Virus record (IMG/VR): IMGVR_UViG_3300046675_000234
Span: 1 to 64,000 of that record
DNA length: 64,000 nt
Reading direction: 5' to 3' (one strand)
Source of the DNA: a virus
Part shown: piece after piece, positions 10,261-18,895 of the stretch
How the letters are laid out: each line of letters begins with the position of its first letter
Numbering within the stretch: position 1 is the stretch's first letter
Translations under genes and position numbers: made by a program
Notes under the pieces: model-generated
What the model was told of the DNA's origin: nothing
Database searches by the model: none
The model's input: only the letters and a program-made list of their open reading frames with translations

Positions 10261-10740
10261 CTACGGCTGGATCGGGATGAGGCTGTAGGCCCGCACCGCC
10301 AGCGTCGTGATCGTGGTGAAGTCCACGACCACGCAGCCCTGCGCGGCTGCGGTGAGCGCCTGGGTGTTGATCGCGCCCGCGTACGTGACCTGGAGCGGGG
10401 CCTGCTGGTTATAGGTGGCCGGTGACCACGGCCCCAGCCAGCCCGCCGTGTTGGCACCGATGGTCCCGGTGATGCTGGTGGCGGGCAGGACCGAGCCGGT
10501 GCCGCCCACCAGGTCCCCGACTAGCGCCTGCCACGCGCCAGCCGGTGTCGCCCCGCAGGCGTAGCCGAGGATGACCTGGCCGTTGTTCGGGATCTGCACG
10601 CCGAGCGTGGTGCTCCACGCGGTGATCGCGCTCGGGCTGCCCAGGTCGTAGCCGGGCGTGGTGGCGACTACCCACAGGCCGGTCAGCGGGTTGAGGTTCA
10701 GCGGTATCGGCTGAAGGGTCACGCGGGGTCCGGCTGCCAT
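10261..10740 (-). CDS. Hypothetical structural protein
   Basis: 159 aa beta-rich protein between tail terminator and major tail genes. Confidence 0.6.
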   Translation of the reverse strand: MAAGPRVTLQPIPLNLNPLTGLWVVATTPGYDLGSPSAITAWSTTLGVQIPNNGQVILGYACGATPAGAWQALVGDLVGGTGSVLPATSITGTIGANTAGWLGPWSPATYNQQAPLQVTYAGAINTQALTAAAQGCVVVDFTTITTLAVRAYSLIPIQP

Positions 10741-10741
10741 C

Positions 10742-11164
10742 TCACACTCCAGCTATCACGATGTAGGAACAGGTGAACTCGTGCCGCAGGTCGTTCGGGT
10801 CCAGCGGCAGCGGCGCTGGCGGGCTCCCGGCCCGGTTCGCGGCCAGGACCCGCACGCCGTCCACGTAGAGCGGGTACGGGGCACGCAGCAGCATCTGGTC
10901 CAGGCGCAGCGCCATGACCTCGGGCTCGTACGCCTCGTCGGTGGGGCCGCGCACGCGGGCCTGGAAGGACCAGGCATCGGTAGCCATTTCCTCCGTGGTG
11001 TAGCCCGGCCCGCCGGTCGCGGTGATGAACACCGCGCGGTCGGGCTCGGTCAGGATCTCGATGCCGGGGTACAGCGGGTAGCCCAGCTCCTGCGTCCCGT
11101 CCCAGCCCAGCCCGGTCAGCAGGTCGATCACGACCTGGGTCACGGCTACGGTCGGCGTGGTCAT
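10742..11164 (-). CDS. Tail terminator-like protein
   Basis: PDRAVFITATGGPG..FQARVRG..RHEFTCSY pattern. Start at 11164 coupled to the upstream stop. Confidence 0.75.
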   Translation of the reverse strand: MTTPTVAVTQVVIDLLTGLGWDGTQELGYPLYPGIEILTEPDRAVFITATGGPGYTTEEMATDAWSFQARVRGPTDEAYEPEVMALRLDQMLLRAPYPLYVDGVRVLAANRAGSPPAPLPLDPNDLRHEFTCSYIVIAGV

Positions 11165-11664
11165 CAGCGCCCCCGCAGGTGCGGCGGCGGCTTCTGGTGG
11201 TGCATGACGTGCCACCAGATCCAGCCGATCAGCTCAGGCGGCAGGTGCCGCAGCCGGGCCTTGATCCGCAGCTCTTCCTCGCTCAGCCGGTGCTGCTTGG
11301 GCTGGCGGTCGTAGACGGTATGCAGGCCCTGGTGCACCTCGGGGTGCCCGGAGCGCCGCAGGTCCGCGAACTCCACCGGAGCCTCGGTCTCTACCTTGTC
11401 GCTCAGGTGCTCCATCGAGCGCGCCAGCGCCCGGTGCCCGCCGTCATCCAGCACGTCACGGGCGTACTGCTCCAGGTACTCGCGGTAGTGGTCGTAGAAC
11501 GGGGCCTGGAGGTAGAGCGCCCGGCCGCCGCGCGGGTGCCGGAACTCCAGGTGCTCGTGCTGGTAGTGGGCGTAAACCTGGTCCACCGTGACCGTTCCGC
11601 GCAGGCGCTCGGGTGCGCCGGTCATCCGGCGCAGCTCGGCTATCCGTGCACTGAAGGTCTCCAT
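11164..11664 (-). CDS. Head-tail completion protein (HK97 gp10-like)
   Basis: YAHYQHE..HPRGG.A.YL and APVEFADLRRSG motifs. Confidence 0.65.
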   Translation of the reverse strand: METFSARIAELRRMTGAPERLRGTVTVDQVYAHYQHEHLEFRHPRGGRALYLQAPFYDHYREYLEQYARDVLDDGGHRALARSMEHLSDKVETEAPVEFADLRRSGHPEVHQGLHTVYDRQPKQHRLSEEELRIKARLRHLPPELIGWIWWHVMHHQKPPPHLRGR

Positions 11665-11665
11665 C

Positions 11666-12223
11666 TCACCCCTGGTATGCCTCTCCCGCGCCCCACCAGG
11701 ACTGGCCTCGGGAGTACAGCCCGGCCGAGGTGTCAGCCTCCAGGACGCCATCCATGCCGATGCGGGTGTTGCTGTCCGCGTGGGTAAAGATGGGCGGGAT
11801 GCGGTTGATGGAGTGCGCCCTGTCAGACAGGCCGGGTGCACCGCTTCCGGCCACGGCGACGTCCAGGTCGATCTTGTTCTCGCGGACGTCGTTGAGCATC
11901 TGGGTGGCATTCTGGTATGCCACGAAGACCGGGTGATCGCTGGCCATGGTCTTGCCCTTGAGATACGTCCTCCAGGCAAAGAACGCGGCCAGGTCGAGCG
12001 TGAGGTCATGGAAGATGGGCGGCGGGTCGGCCACGTCCGAGCTGCCGTCGTAGATGCCGCCCGCGTAGACGCTGACCCGGTTCGACGCCGAGTACAGGCA
12101 CAGCGAGAGCTGGTCATCGCTGAGCTGGGACGGCGTGCCGGTCCCGGAGTCGGTACCGTCCAGCCACAGGCGCAGGTCATCTATCGAGGCGTACACCGGG
12201 CCGGTGGGCAGGGGAGTGGTCAT
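11666..12223 (-). CDS. Head-tail adaptor (Mu gp36/DUF1320-like)
   Basis: YASIDDL..ASNRVSVY..Y.NA.QML.DVRE.KIDL pattern. Confidence 0.75.
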   Translation of the reverse strand: MTTPLPTGPVYASIDDLRLWLDGTDSGTGTPSQLSDDQLSLCLYSASNRVSVYAGGIYDGSSDVADPPPIFHDLTLDLAAFFAWRTYLKGKTMASDHPVFVAYQNATQMLNDVRENKIDLDVAVAGSGAPGLSDRAHSINRIPPIFTHADSNTRIGMDGVLEADTSAGLYSRGQSWWGAGEAYQG

Positions 12224-12426
12224 GGTGCCGCCCAGGCCAGGAAGAACGCCGAGACGCCGCCAGCCGCCCAGGCCCATCCCAGGCCGGTGCCGCCGTGCAG
12301 GATGGCCGAGAACTCAAGCGCCGCGATGAACAGGCAGACAGCGGCGACCAGGCAGAGCAGCCGGAAGACGAACCACGGCGACCGGGTGACGTAGCCGGGG
12401 TAGCCGGGCTGGCCCGGCGCGGCCAT
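12220..12426 (-). CDS. Small two-TM membrane protein
   Basis: 68 aa with two hydrophobic helices, coupled to neighbours. Confidence 0.65.
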   Translation of the reverse strand: MAAPGQPGYPGYVTRSPWFVFRLLCLVAAVCLFIAALEFSAILHGGTGLGWAWAAGGVSAFFLAWAAP

Positions 12427-12629
12427 CAGGAAGCCCCCAGGGGCTCGGTGTCGCCGGACAGCACCTGGGCAGCAGTCGGGCCGAGCGAGACCAGGTTGCC
12501 GGTGCCGTAGGCGGTCTCCAGCGCCGAGCCGGGCGGGATGTCCACGATGGTGCCCCGCAGGACCAGGGTCGTGTACCCGTCCCAGGTCACCGGGGTGTCA
12601 ACGGCAACGACACGCGGGCTGGCGGCCAT
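12426..12629 (-). CDS. Small head-associated protein (paralog family)
   Basis: ATG at 12629. RGTIVDIPPGSALETAYGTGNL resembles 12998-13270 and 15754-15960. Confidence 0.65.
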   Translation of the reverse strand: MAASPRVVAVDTPVTWDGYTTLVLRGTIVDIPPGSALETAYGTGNLVSLGPTAAQVLSGDTEPLGAS

Positions 12630-12988
12630 CAGTTGCTCACCCCCGCGCCCCACCCGGCGAAGCTCGACAAAGCGTGCGACGGGTACAGCATCAGCGTGAG
12701 CGGGTTGTAGCCCGGCCCCTCGGCCAGCGTGTTGTAGCCCGAGTAGCCGGGGTTGTAGCTGGTGGGCTGGGCCGTGGTCCAGGTCATCGAGGTGGGCACG
12801 ACCGAGTAGGTCATGGTCAGCGAGGCTCCCGGCGGCAGCGCGTAGTTGCCAGCCCCAGCGCCAGCCGTCACCCCGTTGATGCTCACGTTGGTCATGGTGC
12901 CGCCGACGATCGCGCAGTTGACCCACTGGCCGGTGTTGTTCACTACCGGGACGGTAGAGGCCGGTATAGCCGGTGTTACGACAGCCAT
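12629..12988 (-). CDS. Small structural protein
   Basis: 119 aa, GGAGG RBS, beta-rich. Confidence 0.65.
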   Translation of the reverse strand: MAVVTPAIPASTVPVVNNTGQWVNCAIVGGTMTNVSINGVTAGAGAGNYALPPGASLTMTYSVVPTSMTWTTAQPTSYNPGYSGYNTLAEGPGYNPLTLMLYPSHALSSFAGWGAGVSN

Positions 12989-12997
12989 GATGTCCTC

Positions 12998-13270
12998 CTA
13001 GTTGCCCAGGGCCGCGTGGCCCACGTCGTCCTGACCTGGCACGTAGGCCCGGAGGTTGCCAGCCCCGATCGCGGTGTACATCGCGCTGGCGGGGTCCAGG
13101 ATGATCGGCGTGCCCTTGATCAAGGTGGACGGCATCAGCGGTCCCCCGGTGGTGGGAGCGCCGCCGAACCCGGACGCGCCCCCGGTGCCCGGCTCCCCGG
13201 CGACAACGGTCGCGGCGGTGCCGGGCGCGACGGTTACGGTCGCGGTGAGAACATAGCGGTTCAGCGCCAT
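12998..13270 (-). CDS. Small head-associated protein (paralog family)
   Basis: TAIGAGNLRA is shared verbatim with 15754-15960. Confidence 0.7.
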   Translation of the reverse strand: MALNRYVLTATVTVAPGTAATVVAGEPGTGGASGFGGAPTTGGPLMPSTLIKGTPIILDPASAMYTAIGAGNLRAYVPGQDDVGHAALGN

Positions 13271-13683
13271 CAGAACCCCCAGGCCGGTGCGTTGGGCACC
13301 CGCTCGATGCCGACGTAGGTCGGGGTGAGCTGGAGCTTGCCGAACGTCGCGCCGCCGCTGTGCGCCCTGGCGAACTTCGCCACCGGGATGTTCGTGGCGG
13401 TGCCGGTGGCGGTGACCCGCAGGATCTCGGCGTTAGCCGCCGTGTCGTACAGCAGCCACATGCCCCCGGTGAAGCTCGCGCCGCCGCTGGCCACGGTGAT
13501 CGCCACCGATGCCGTGGTGACCGCAGCCGTGCCGGTCCCGGTCGGGGCAACCGCCGTCGCCGCGAACGGCCACTCGCACCCGCCGCACAGGTAGGCCACG
13601 CCCGTGCCGATCAGCGTCCGCAGCGTGTTGCAGCGCGGGCACGGGGCGTAGACGTTGGCGGGGACCAGTGGCGCTGGCGGCAT
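13270..13683 (-). CDS. Zinc-ribbon plus beta-domain protein
   Basis: CPRC...CGGC followed by a T.ITVASGG..EILRVTA..AH module. Confidence 0.65.
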   Translation of the reverse strand: MPPAPLVPANVYAPCPRCNTLRTLIGTGVAYLCGGCEWPFAATAVAPTGTGTAAVTTASVAITVASGGASFTGGMWLLYDTAANAEILRVTATGTATNIPVAKFARAHSGGATFGKLQLTPTYVGIERVPNAPAWGF

Positions 13684-13686
13684 GGG

Positions 13687-14313
13687 TTACCCTCCGACCT
13701 GCTGGGCCTGGCGCTGCCGGGCTGCGGTGCGCGGCGGCAGGATGTCCTCCGCGCTGACGTACGTCCCGCCAGCGCCGGGCTGCCCGTCCCAGTTCTCGCT
13801 GCCCGGCTGCGGCTCGCTGGCCTCCGGGATGGTCTCCTGCTGGAGTACCGCCGACGCGCCGACCGGATCGGGCATCGGCAGGTCCGTGCCCGGCGGCGGG
13901 ATGGACGGAGCGCGCACCTGGCCGGACACCGCGCGTGGCGGCACCCGCTGCTGTGCTTCCTGGGTTGACTTCGGCCCGCTGGCCGGGCGGATCACCGGTA
14001 TCCGGCGTCCGTCGCCAGGCCCGCACCGCAGGTATCCAGCCGCTTCCTCGGGCGTGAGGTTGACCGTATCGCCCGCCATCACCAGGTCCGAGCCCCGCAG
14101 CGGGTCGGTGCCGCGTCTCGGCACGTTCAGGTTGATCACCGCGATGTACGGGTCACCCGGACGGTTCGATGGCGTCTGCGCCTGGCTGGCCCGCGCCAGG
14201 AGCTGGTTCATCTGCTCCAGCTCGGCCTGGGACAGCGGCGTCTGCTCCGATGCCGCCGCGAACGTCTGCGGCGGCTCGGGGAGACGGCCTGCGGCTGGTC
14301 GCTGTGCTGGCAT
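13687..14313 (-). CDS. Pro-rich head-associated protein
   Basis: Follows the capsid gene; contains the GDTVNLTPEEA mini-domain. Confidence 0.65.
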   Translation of the reverse strand: MPAQRPAAGRLPEPPQTFAAASEQTPLSQAELEQMNQLLARASQAQTPSNRPGDPYIAVINLNVPRRGTDPLRGSDLVMAGDTVNLTPEEAAGYLRCGPGDGRRIPVIRPASGPKSTQEAQQRVPPRAVSGQVRAPSIPPPGTDLPMPDPVGASAVLQQETIPEASEPQPGSENWDGQPGAGGTYVSAEDILPPRTAARQRQAQQVGG

Positions 14314-15224
14314 CAGACTCCGCTCAGGAGCACGATCGCCAGCGGCTGGTCCAGGCCGATGGCGGCTGCGCGCTGGGTGTCGGAGCGCCAGGTCTTGCGC
14401 GGCTCGTCGCGGTACAGCGGGCCAGCCATGAACGGCAGCTCGTCCGCGAAGAAGCCTGCGCGGTTGCGCTGCATGATGATCGCGTTGCCCGCCGGGACCT
14501 GGCGGGAGACCATCACGTCCAGGTTGAGGATCTGCTGCGGGAGCGTGCCCGTGTACAGCAGGTTCTCGCTGGCGATGTCACCGATGTAGGGCGCGGCGAA
14601 CGTGCTGGACTGGAGCAGCGTGTTCTTCGTGCCGTGGTTGATGATCAGCGTGTCGGCCTCGAACCCGAGCCACTGCGTCACGCCGGACGGGGACACGATG
14701 TTGGCGTTCTCGATGAGGAAGACCGCCTGCATGATGTCCGCCCGGATGGTGGCGGCGGCGCTCGACCAGGCGTTGGCTACCGCCAGCGTCTGGATCGAGG
14801 CGTTGGAGACTACCGCCGAGTAGAAGGCGGTGTTCCAGCTATAGACCATCGTGTTCTTGACCTGGAGAAGCTGCCGCGCCACCGGGTCAATCGCCTGGCG
14901 GCGGCGCATCTCGTCGCTGACCATGATGGCCATCGCCCGCTCATGGCTGAAGACCACGCGCGGGATGCCGACGCTGGTCGGCACGACCGGGACCTCACCG
15001 AACTCAGGCCGGATCTCGGGGTAGTCATCGGCGTAGAGCGGGGTGCTCTCCGCGTACCTGACCGCGCCCGATGGGGCCGCGCCGCCGCTGCGCAGCACCG
15101 AGTCCATCACGAACTCATTCCTGGTCATGTCCAGGATGAGCGACGGGATGACCAGCGGGTCCTTCAGCAGCTCGGAGACGGTTACCCGTGGGGAATCGGA
15201 GTAACTTCTGACAGCAGTCGGCAT
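14313..15224 (-). CDS. Major capsid protein
   Basis: 303 aa. EFGEVP, ADTLIIN and S.QVPAGNAII motifs of HK97-fold capsids. Downstream of protease and decoration genes. Confidence 0.85.
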   Translation of the reverse strand: MPTAVRSYSDSPRVTVSELLKDPLVIPSLILDMTRNEFVMDSVLRSGGAAPSGAVRYAESTPLYADDYPEIRPEFGEVPVVPTSVGIPRVVFSHERAMAIMVSDEMRRRQAIDPVARQLLQVKNTMVYSWNTAFYSAVVSNASIQTLAVANAWSSAAATIRADIMQAVFLIENANIVSPSGVTQWLGFEADTLIINHGTKNTLLQSSTFAAPYIGDIASENLLYTGTLPQQILNLDVMVSRQVPAGNAIIMQRNRAGFFADELPFMAGPLYRDEPRKTWRSDTQRAAAIGLDQPLAIVLLSGV

Positions 15225-15235
15225 GACTCACTCCC

Positions 15236-15742
15236 TCAAATCTCGATCCGGCAGCGGCCGAAGAAGTAGGACGCCGCACCCTGACCGCCGATCTGCTGGG
15301 TGAGCATCCCGGCCGATACGCCGCCGGGGTGCGTGCAGCGGGCAACGATCTGGTCCGCCGTGCCTGCCGTGTACTGGATCACGGTGCCCGCGTTGCCGCC
15401 GACCGCGCTGATCATCAGCGGCTGGCCGACGTAGGCAGCACCCGAGTACCAGGTGAAGATGTCCACCCCGCCGTAGTAGACGCTCACGTAGTCGGTGAGC
15501 ACGCTGATGTCGATCAGCGGCTGGCCGTAGGCGTTCGCGGCCCCGGTCTGCACCCCGATCGGCGCGGCGTCACTCCCCGCTACGCCGAGTGCGTAGTTGA
15601 CCGATGGTGTCGCAAGCGTCACCGTCAGGTCCGTGGTGCCAGGCGTGATCGAGTGGGCCATGACCCACTGACCGCCGTAGATCAGGCCGAAGACCTGAAA
15701 GTTGGCTGGCCCGGCCTTGTAGTGCGGGATCGCACCTGCCAT
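15236..15742 (-). CDS. Capsid decoration/cement protein
   Basis: Between scaffold and capsid. ALGVA..D and GQPLM beta-tulip-like pattern. Confidence 0.7.
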   Translation of the reverse strand: MAGAIPHYKAGPANFQVFGLIYGGQWVMAHSITPGTTDLTVTLATPSVNYALGVAGSDAAPIGVQTGAANAYGQPLIDISVLTDYVSVYYGGVDIFTWYSGAAYVGQPLMISAVGGNAGTVIQYTAGTADQIVARCTHPGGVSAGMLTQQIGGQGAASYFFGRCRIEI

Positions 15743-15753
15743 CGTCGTTCCTC

Positions 15754-15960
15754 CTAAGCGCTGCTGTTCGATACGGCGACTGAGAGACCGAGCTGGTCAT
15801 GGACCGTGGCGGCGGCCACTGCCCGCAGGTTGCCAGCGCCGATCGCGGTTACCTCGGCTGCGGACAGCTCGATGGTGTCGCCCTTCTTCAGCACCCGAGC
15901 CGGGCTGGCGTAGCTGACGAAGGGGATATTGACCGGCGTGGTGACAAAGTAGCGGGCCAT
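15754..15960 (-). CDS. Small head-associated protein (paralog family)
   Basis: KKGDTIELSAAEVTAIGAGNLRA. Confidence 0.7.
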   Translation of the reverse strand: MARYFVTTPVNIPFVSYASPARVLKKGDTIELSAAEVTAIGAGNLRAVAAATVHDQLGLSVAVSNSSA

Positions 15961-15964
15961 AGGG

Positions 15965-17167
15965 CTACAGCCCCATCTGGCTCTTGGCGCGGTTGATGGT
16001 GTCGGTGCGCTCCGTCTGCTCGGCGGACGGCCCCGCGCCGGGCGGCTCGTCCATCGGGGAGCCCAGCTCGACGTCCAGGTTGAGCATCTGGGCCATCCTG
16101 GCGTACTCGGTCAGCACCTTGCGCATGACCTGGCCCGCGTCGGCCCGCTGCCCGTTGGCCAGGTCCACCGTGTGCCCGGAGCCCTGGAGCAGCGGCCGGG
16201 CCAGGTCGGTGATGTAGGGCGGTACGCCGAGATCCGCCAGCTTCCGCTTCTCAGCGTCGAATGCCGACACCTCGTACCGGGTCTGGAAGACGGCTAGCTG
16301 GCGCTCGGTCTCGTCGGCGCGGCTGTTGGCGAGGTCGATGGCCATCTGCGCCTCGACGGACAGGCCGGTAACGCCAGCCCCGGCCAGCGTCTCGGCGTCC
16401 ATCCCGGCCTCGATCTCGGCCAGCTCGTCGTCACCGAGCGCGTCGATGAGGTCGGCCAGCTCTTCGTCGGACAGCTCGTCGTCATCGGCGGGAGCGGTGC
16501 CGTTGCCGTTCGGGGCTGGCGGGGCTGACGGGGCCTGCGCTCCGAGCAGCCGGTCCAGGGCAGCGGGGTCCAGGTTGAGCAGGCGGTTCAGGTTGGCCTG
16601 CTGCTGGGCGTTCAGTTCGGGCATGGTCTCCACTTCCTGTCCGGCATAGCTGGAACCGGTGAGGTCGATGACAAGGGACGGCGTATTGGCCGCCTCGACG
16701 GTCTGCCAGGCCCCCAGGCCCGGAATGCGCGGGTCCAGGGTGCCGAGCACATGCTGGATCGCGGCGGGGTAGAACTTGCCGTCCGCCCGCTGGTACTGCT
16801 CCACGATCCGGGCCGACACGCCCAGGTACGGATTCTCGCGCAGGACTGCCTCACCGCGCTCGGTCGGGTCGAGCACCATCCACAGCCCGTCCGGCTCGGC
16901 CTCGAACCCCACGACCGTGCCCCGGTGCCGCTCCGGGTCATTGGTGTGGGTGTTGCCTGCGTCTGCGAGCTGGAAGCTCACCTGGTCGTACGCCTTGTCG
17001 TTGAAGGCGTTCGCCAGTCCCTGGAGGTAGTGCGGGGTGAAGTGCAGGGTGCGGCCCTGGTAACTGATGTCGCCTACCGGCAGCACCCGCTTGCGCCAGA
17101 GCTTGCTGGACATCTCGATCGCGTTGCCCCGGTCGAACGGGGTCAGCAGGGCTGCGAAGGCACCCAT
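15965..17167 (-). CDS. Mu-like prohead protease fused to scaffold
   Basis: NTH..G.V..DGLW..YLGVSA..HVLGTLDPRIPGL protease signature; acidic helical C-terminal half. Confidence 0.85.
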   Translation of the reverse strand: MGAFAALLTPFDRGNAIEMSSKLWRKRVLPVGDISYQGRTLHFTPHYLQGLANAFNDKAYDQVSFQLADAGNTHTNDPERHRGTVVGFEAEPDGLWMVLDPTERGEAVLRENPYLGVSARIVEQYQRADGKFYPAAIQHVLGTLDPRIPGLGAWQTVEAANTPSLVIDLTGSSYAGQEVETMPELNAQQQANLNRLLNLDPAALDRLLGAQAPSAPPAPNGNGTAPADDDELSDEELADLIDALGDDELAEIEAGMDAETLAGAGVTGLSVEAQMAIDLANSRADETERQLAVFQTRYEVSAFDAEKRKLADLGVPPYITDLARPLLQGSGHTVDLANGQRADAGQVMRKVLTEYARMAQMLNLDVELGSPMDEPPGAGPSAEQTERTDTINRAKSQMGL

Positions 17168-17171
17168 CTGG

Positions 17172-17804
17172 CTACTTGCCCCCGAAGTTCTGTGCCCGCT
17201 TGGCGAACATGTGCGCCTTGTCGTGGGGCCAGCCCTTGCCCTTGAGCTTCTTGCGGATGCTCAGGCCCTTGGGGGTCAGCTCGCCGTCCTTGCTGTCGTC
17301 CTCATCCGGCTCGCTGTCCCCGCCGTTGGCCATGGTGACGCGCGGCCCGTCACCGGATGACCGGACTGGCGTGGCCAGCGCACTGATAGCGGGCACCCCG
17401 TACTGCGCCATCAGCGGCGTCTGCTCGGGCGGCGGCTGGAGTCCGGTACCGGGGTGACCGGGCGTGGTGGTGCCGCTGTTCCACAGCCCCAGCAGCTCGC
17501 CCAGCGCGCCGCGCTGGTGCGGGTGCGGCCGGGCCGAGAGCTTGCCGCCGTAGACCGACCGCCAGCCGTCCTCGTTCCTGATCTCACCGATCAGCGCGCC
17601 GCCACGACGGTGCCGGATCGACGCGCCGCCGGTCGCGCTGCGGCTCACCAGGATGTCAGCGGGGGAGGTCACCGGGTAACGCGAACTTGCCATCTCGACG
17701 CTCCTGCTGCCCCTCGTGCGGGCAGCAATGAACGCGGCCAGGTGCTCTGGATTCCCGGCTCCGCGCACAGCCAGCGCAGCGACAGCAGCTTGACGTGAGG
17801 CCAT
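17172..17804 (-). CDS. Basic modular head-region protein
   Basis: ATG at 17804 with GGAGG RBS. VEMA tag. C-terminal KKLKGKGWPHDKAHMFAKRA module. Confidence 0.7.
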   Translation of the reverse strand: MASRQAAVAALAVRGAGNPEHLAAFIAARTRGSRSVEMASSRYPVTSPADILVSRSATGGASIRHRRGGALIGEIRNEDGWRSVYGGKLSARPHPHQRGALGELLGLWNSGTTTPGHPGTGLQPPPEQTPLMAQYGVPAISALATPVRSSGDGPRVTMANGGDSEPDEDDSKDGELTPKGLSIRKKLKGKGWPHDKAHMFAKRAQNFGGK

Positions 17805-17885
17805 GACGCCTCCAAGATTCAACGTCTACTTGAAGGCCATCGTAGGCTCACCTGGCCGAGAACGCATGACCCGGCACGGTAAAAC

Positions 17886-18011
17886 TCAGGATTGCTCGTG
17901 CTCGTTCACGCTCGCCGTGGCAAAATCCTCGGCTTCTTCCTCGTCAATTCCTGCCTGAACCAGGGCCTCGGTGAGGATGTCGATTACTTCCTGGCGTTCC
18001 TCCGGGCTCAT
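17886..18011 (-). CDS. Small acidic protein (41 aa)
   Basis: MSPEERQEVIDILTEALVQAGIDEEEAEDFA..., directly after the 18014 stop. Confidence 0.5.
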   Translation of the reverse strand: MSPEERQEVIDILTEALVQAGIDEEEAEDFATASVNEHEQS

Positions 18012-18013
18012 GG

Positions 18014-18895
18014 TCAGACCTTCTTGATGAACTCGACTATGGGCTGGATGATGAACGGCAGCGCAGAGGTGAGCAGGGCGATCAGGTCCGGCACGCCCAG
18101 CCGGGACTCGACGTAGGCGGCGATGAATCCCGCCACGGCACCGCCAGCCTCGATGGCCAGCTTCTTTGCCCTCCGCTGGCCTTCCACGGTCTCGTGCGCC
18201 GCGTTCGCTGCGGCTATCTTGTCGGCCACGACCTGCTGGGCCTTGGTCAGCACCGCCTGCGCCTTGGCCGTAGCCAGCGGCTCAACCTGCGTCTTCAGGA
18301 GCTGCTCGTGGATAAGTTGCTCGCGCCTGGTCGGCTGCACCTTGCCGGATACCTGGAACGCGACCTCAGCCGCCTTGTTCTCGGGTGCGATGTCAGCCGG
18401 GATCTTCGCCGCGATGGCTGCCGGGATCTTCTGCGCTTCCTCGCTCGCCGCCTTCTGCGCTTCCTCGCGGGCGATCCTGCGCATCTGCGCTTCCTGCATC
18501 CGCTTGATCCTGGCCTGGCGGGACCGGGATGTCACCGGCTCCTGCGGCGGCCTGTACCCGGCCCGAGAGCCGGGACTGCCGCCGCCAATCCACTTGCCGC
18601 CCGGACCCCGCCGCTCGTGCATCCAGGCGTCACTGGCCAGCTCGACAAGCTGGCTGACGAGAGTGTCTCCCGCGAGCTGCTGAAGGATCGTGTCCTCGCC
18701 GTTCACAGGCCCAGTATCCAGCGTCCCCGCCAGCCTGTGAAGCATCGTGCCCGCATCCTGGATCTCGGTCAGCTCATCACCGGTCGCGGTGCTGGCCAGG
18801 CCGCGCACCTGCTGGATAGCGGTCTGCACCCGGCCCGCCGGGTCCTCCCAGGCCCACCGGGCAATGCTCAGTGCCTGCTGTCCGCGTGGCGTCAT
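18014..18895 (-). CDS. Modular head-region protein with C-terminal hydrophobic hairpin
   Basis: VELA + HERRGPGGKW tag, coiled coil, two C-terminal hydrophobic helices. Confidence 0.75.
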   Translation of the reverse strand: MTPRGQQALSIARWAWEDPAGRVQTAIQQVRGLASTATGDELTEIQDAGTMLHRLAGTLDTGPVNGEDTILQQLAGDTLVSQLVELASDAWMHERRGPGGKWIGGGSPGSRAGYRPPQEPVTSRSRQARIKRMQEAQMRRIAREEAQKAASEEAQKIPAAIAAKIPADIAPENKAAEVAFQVSGKVQPTRREQLIHEQLLKTQVEPLATAKAQAVLTKAQQVVADKIAAANAAHETVEGQRRAKKLAIEAGGAVAGFIAAYVESRLGVPDLIALLTSALPFIIQPIVEFIKKV

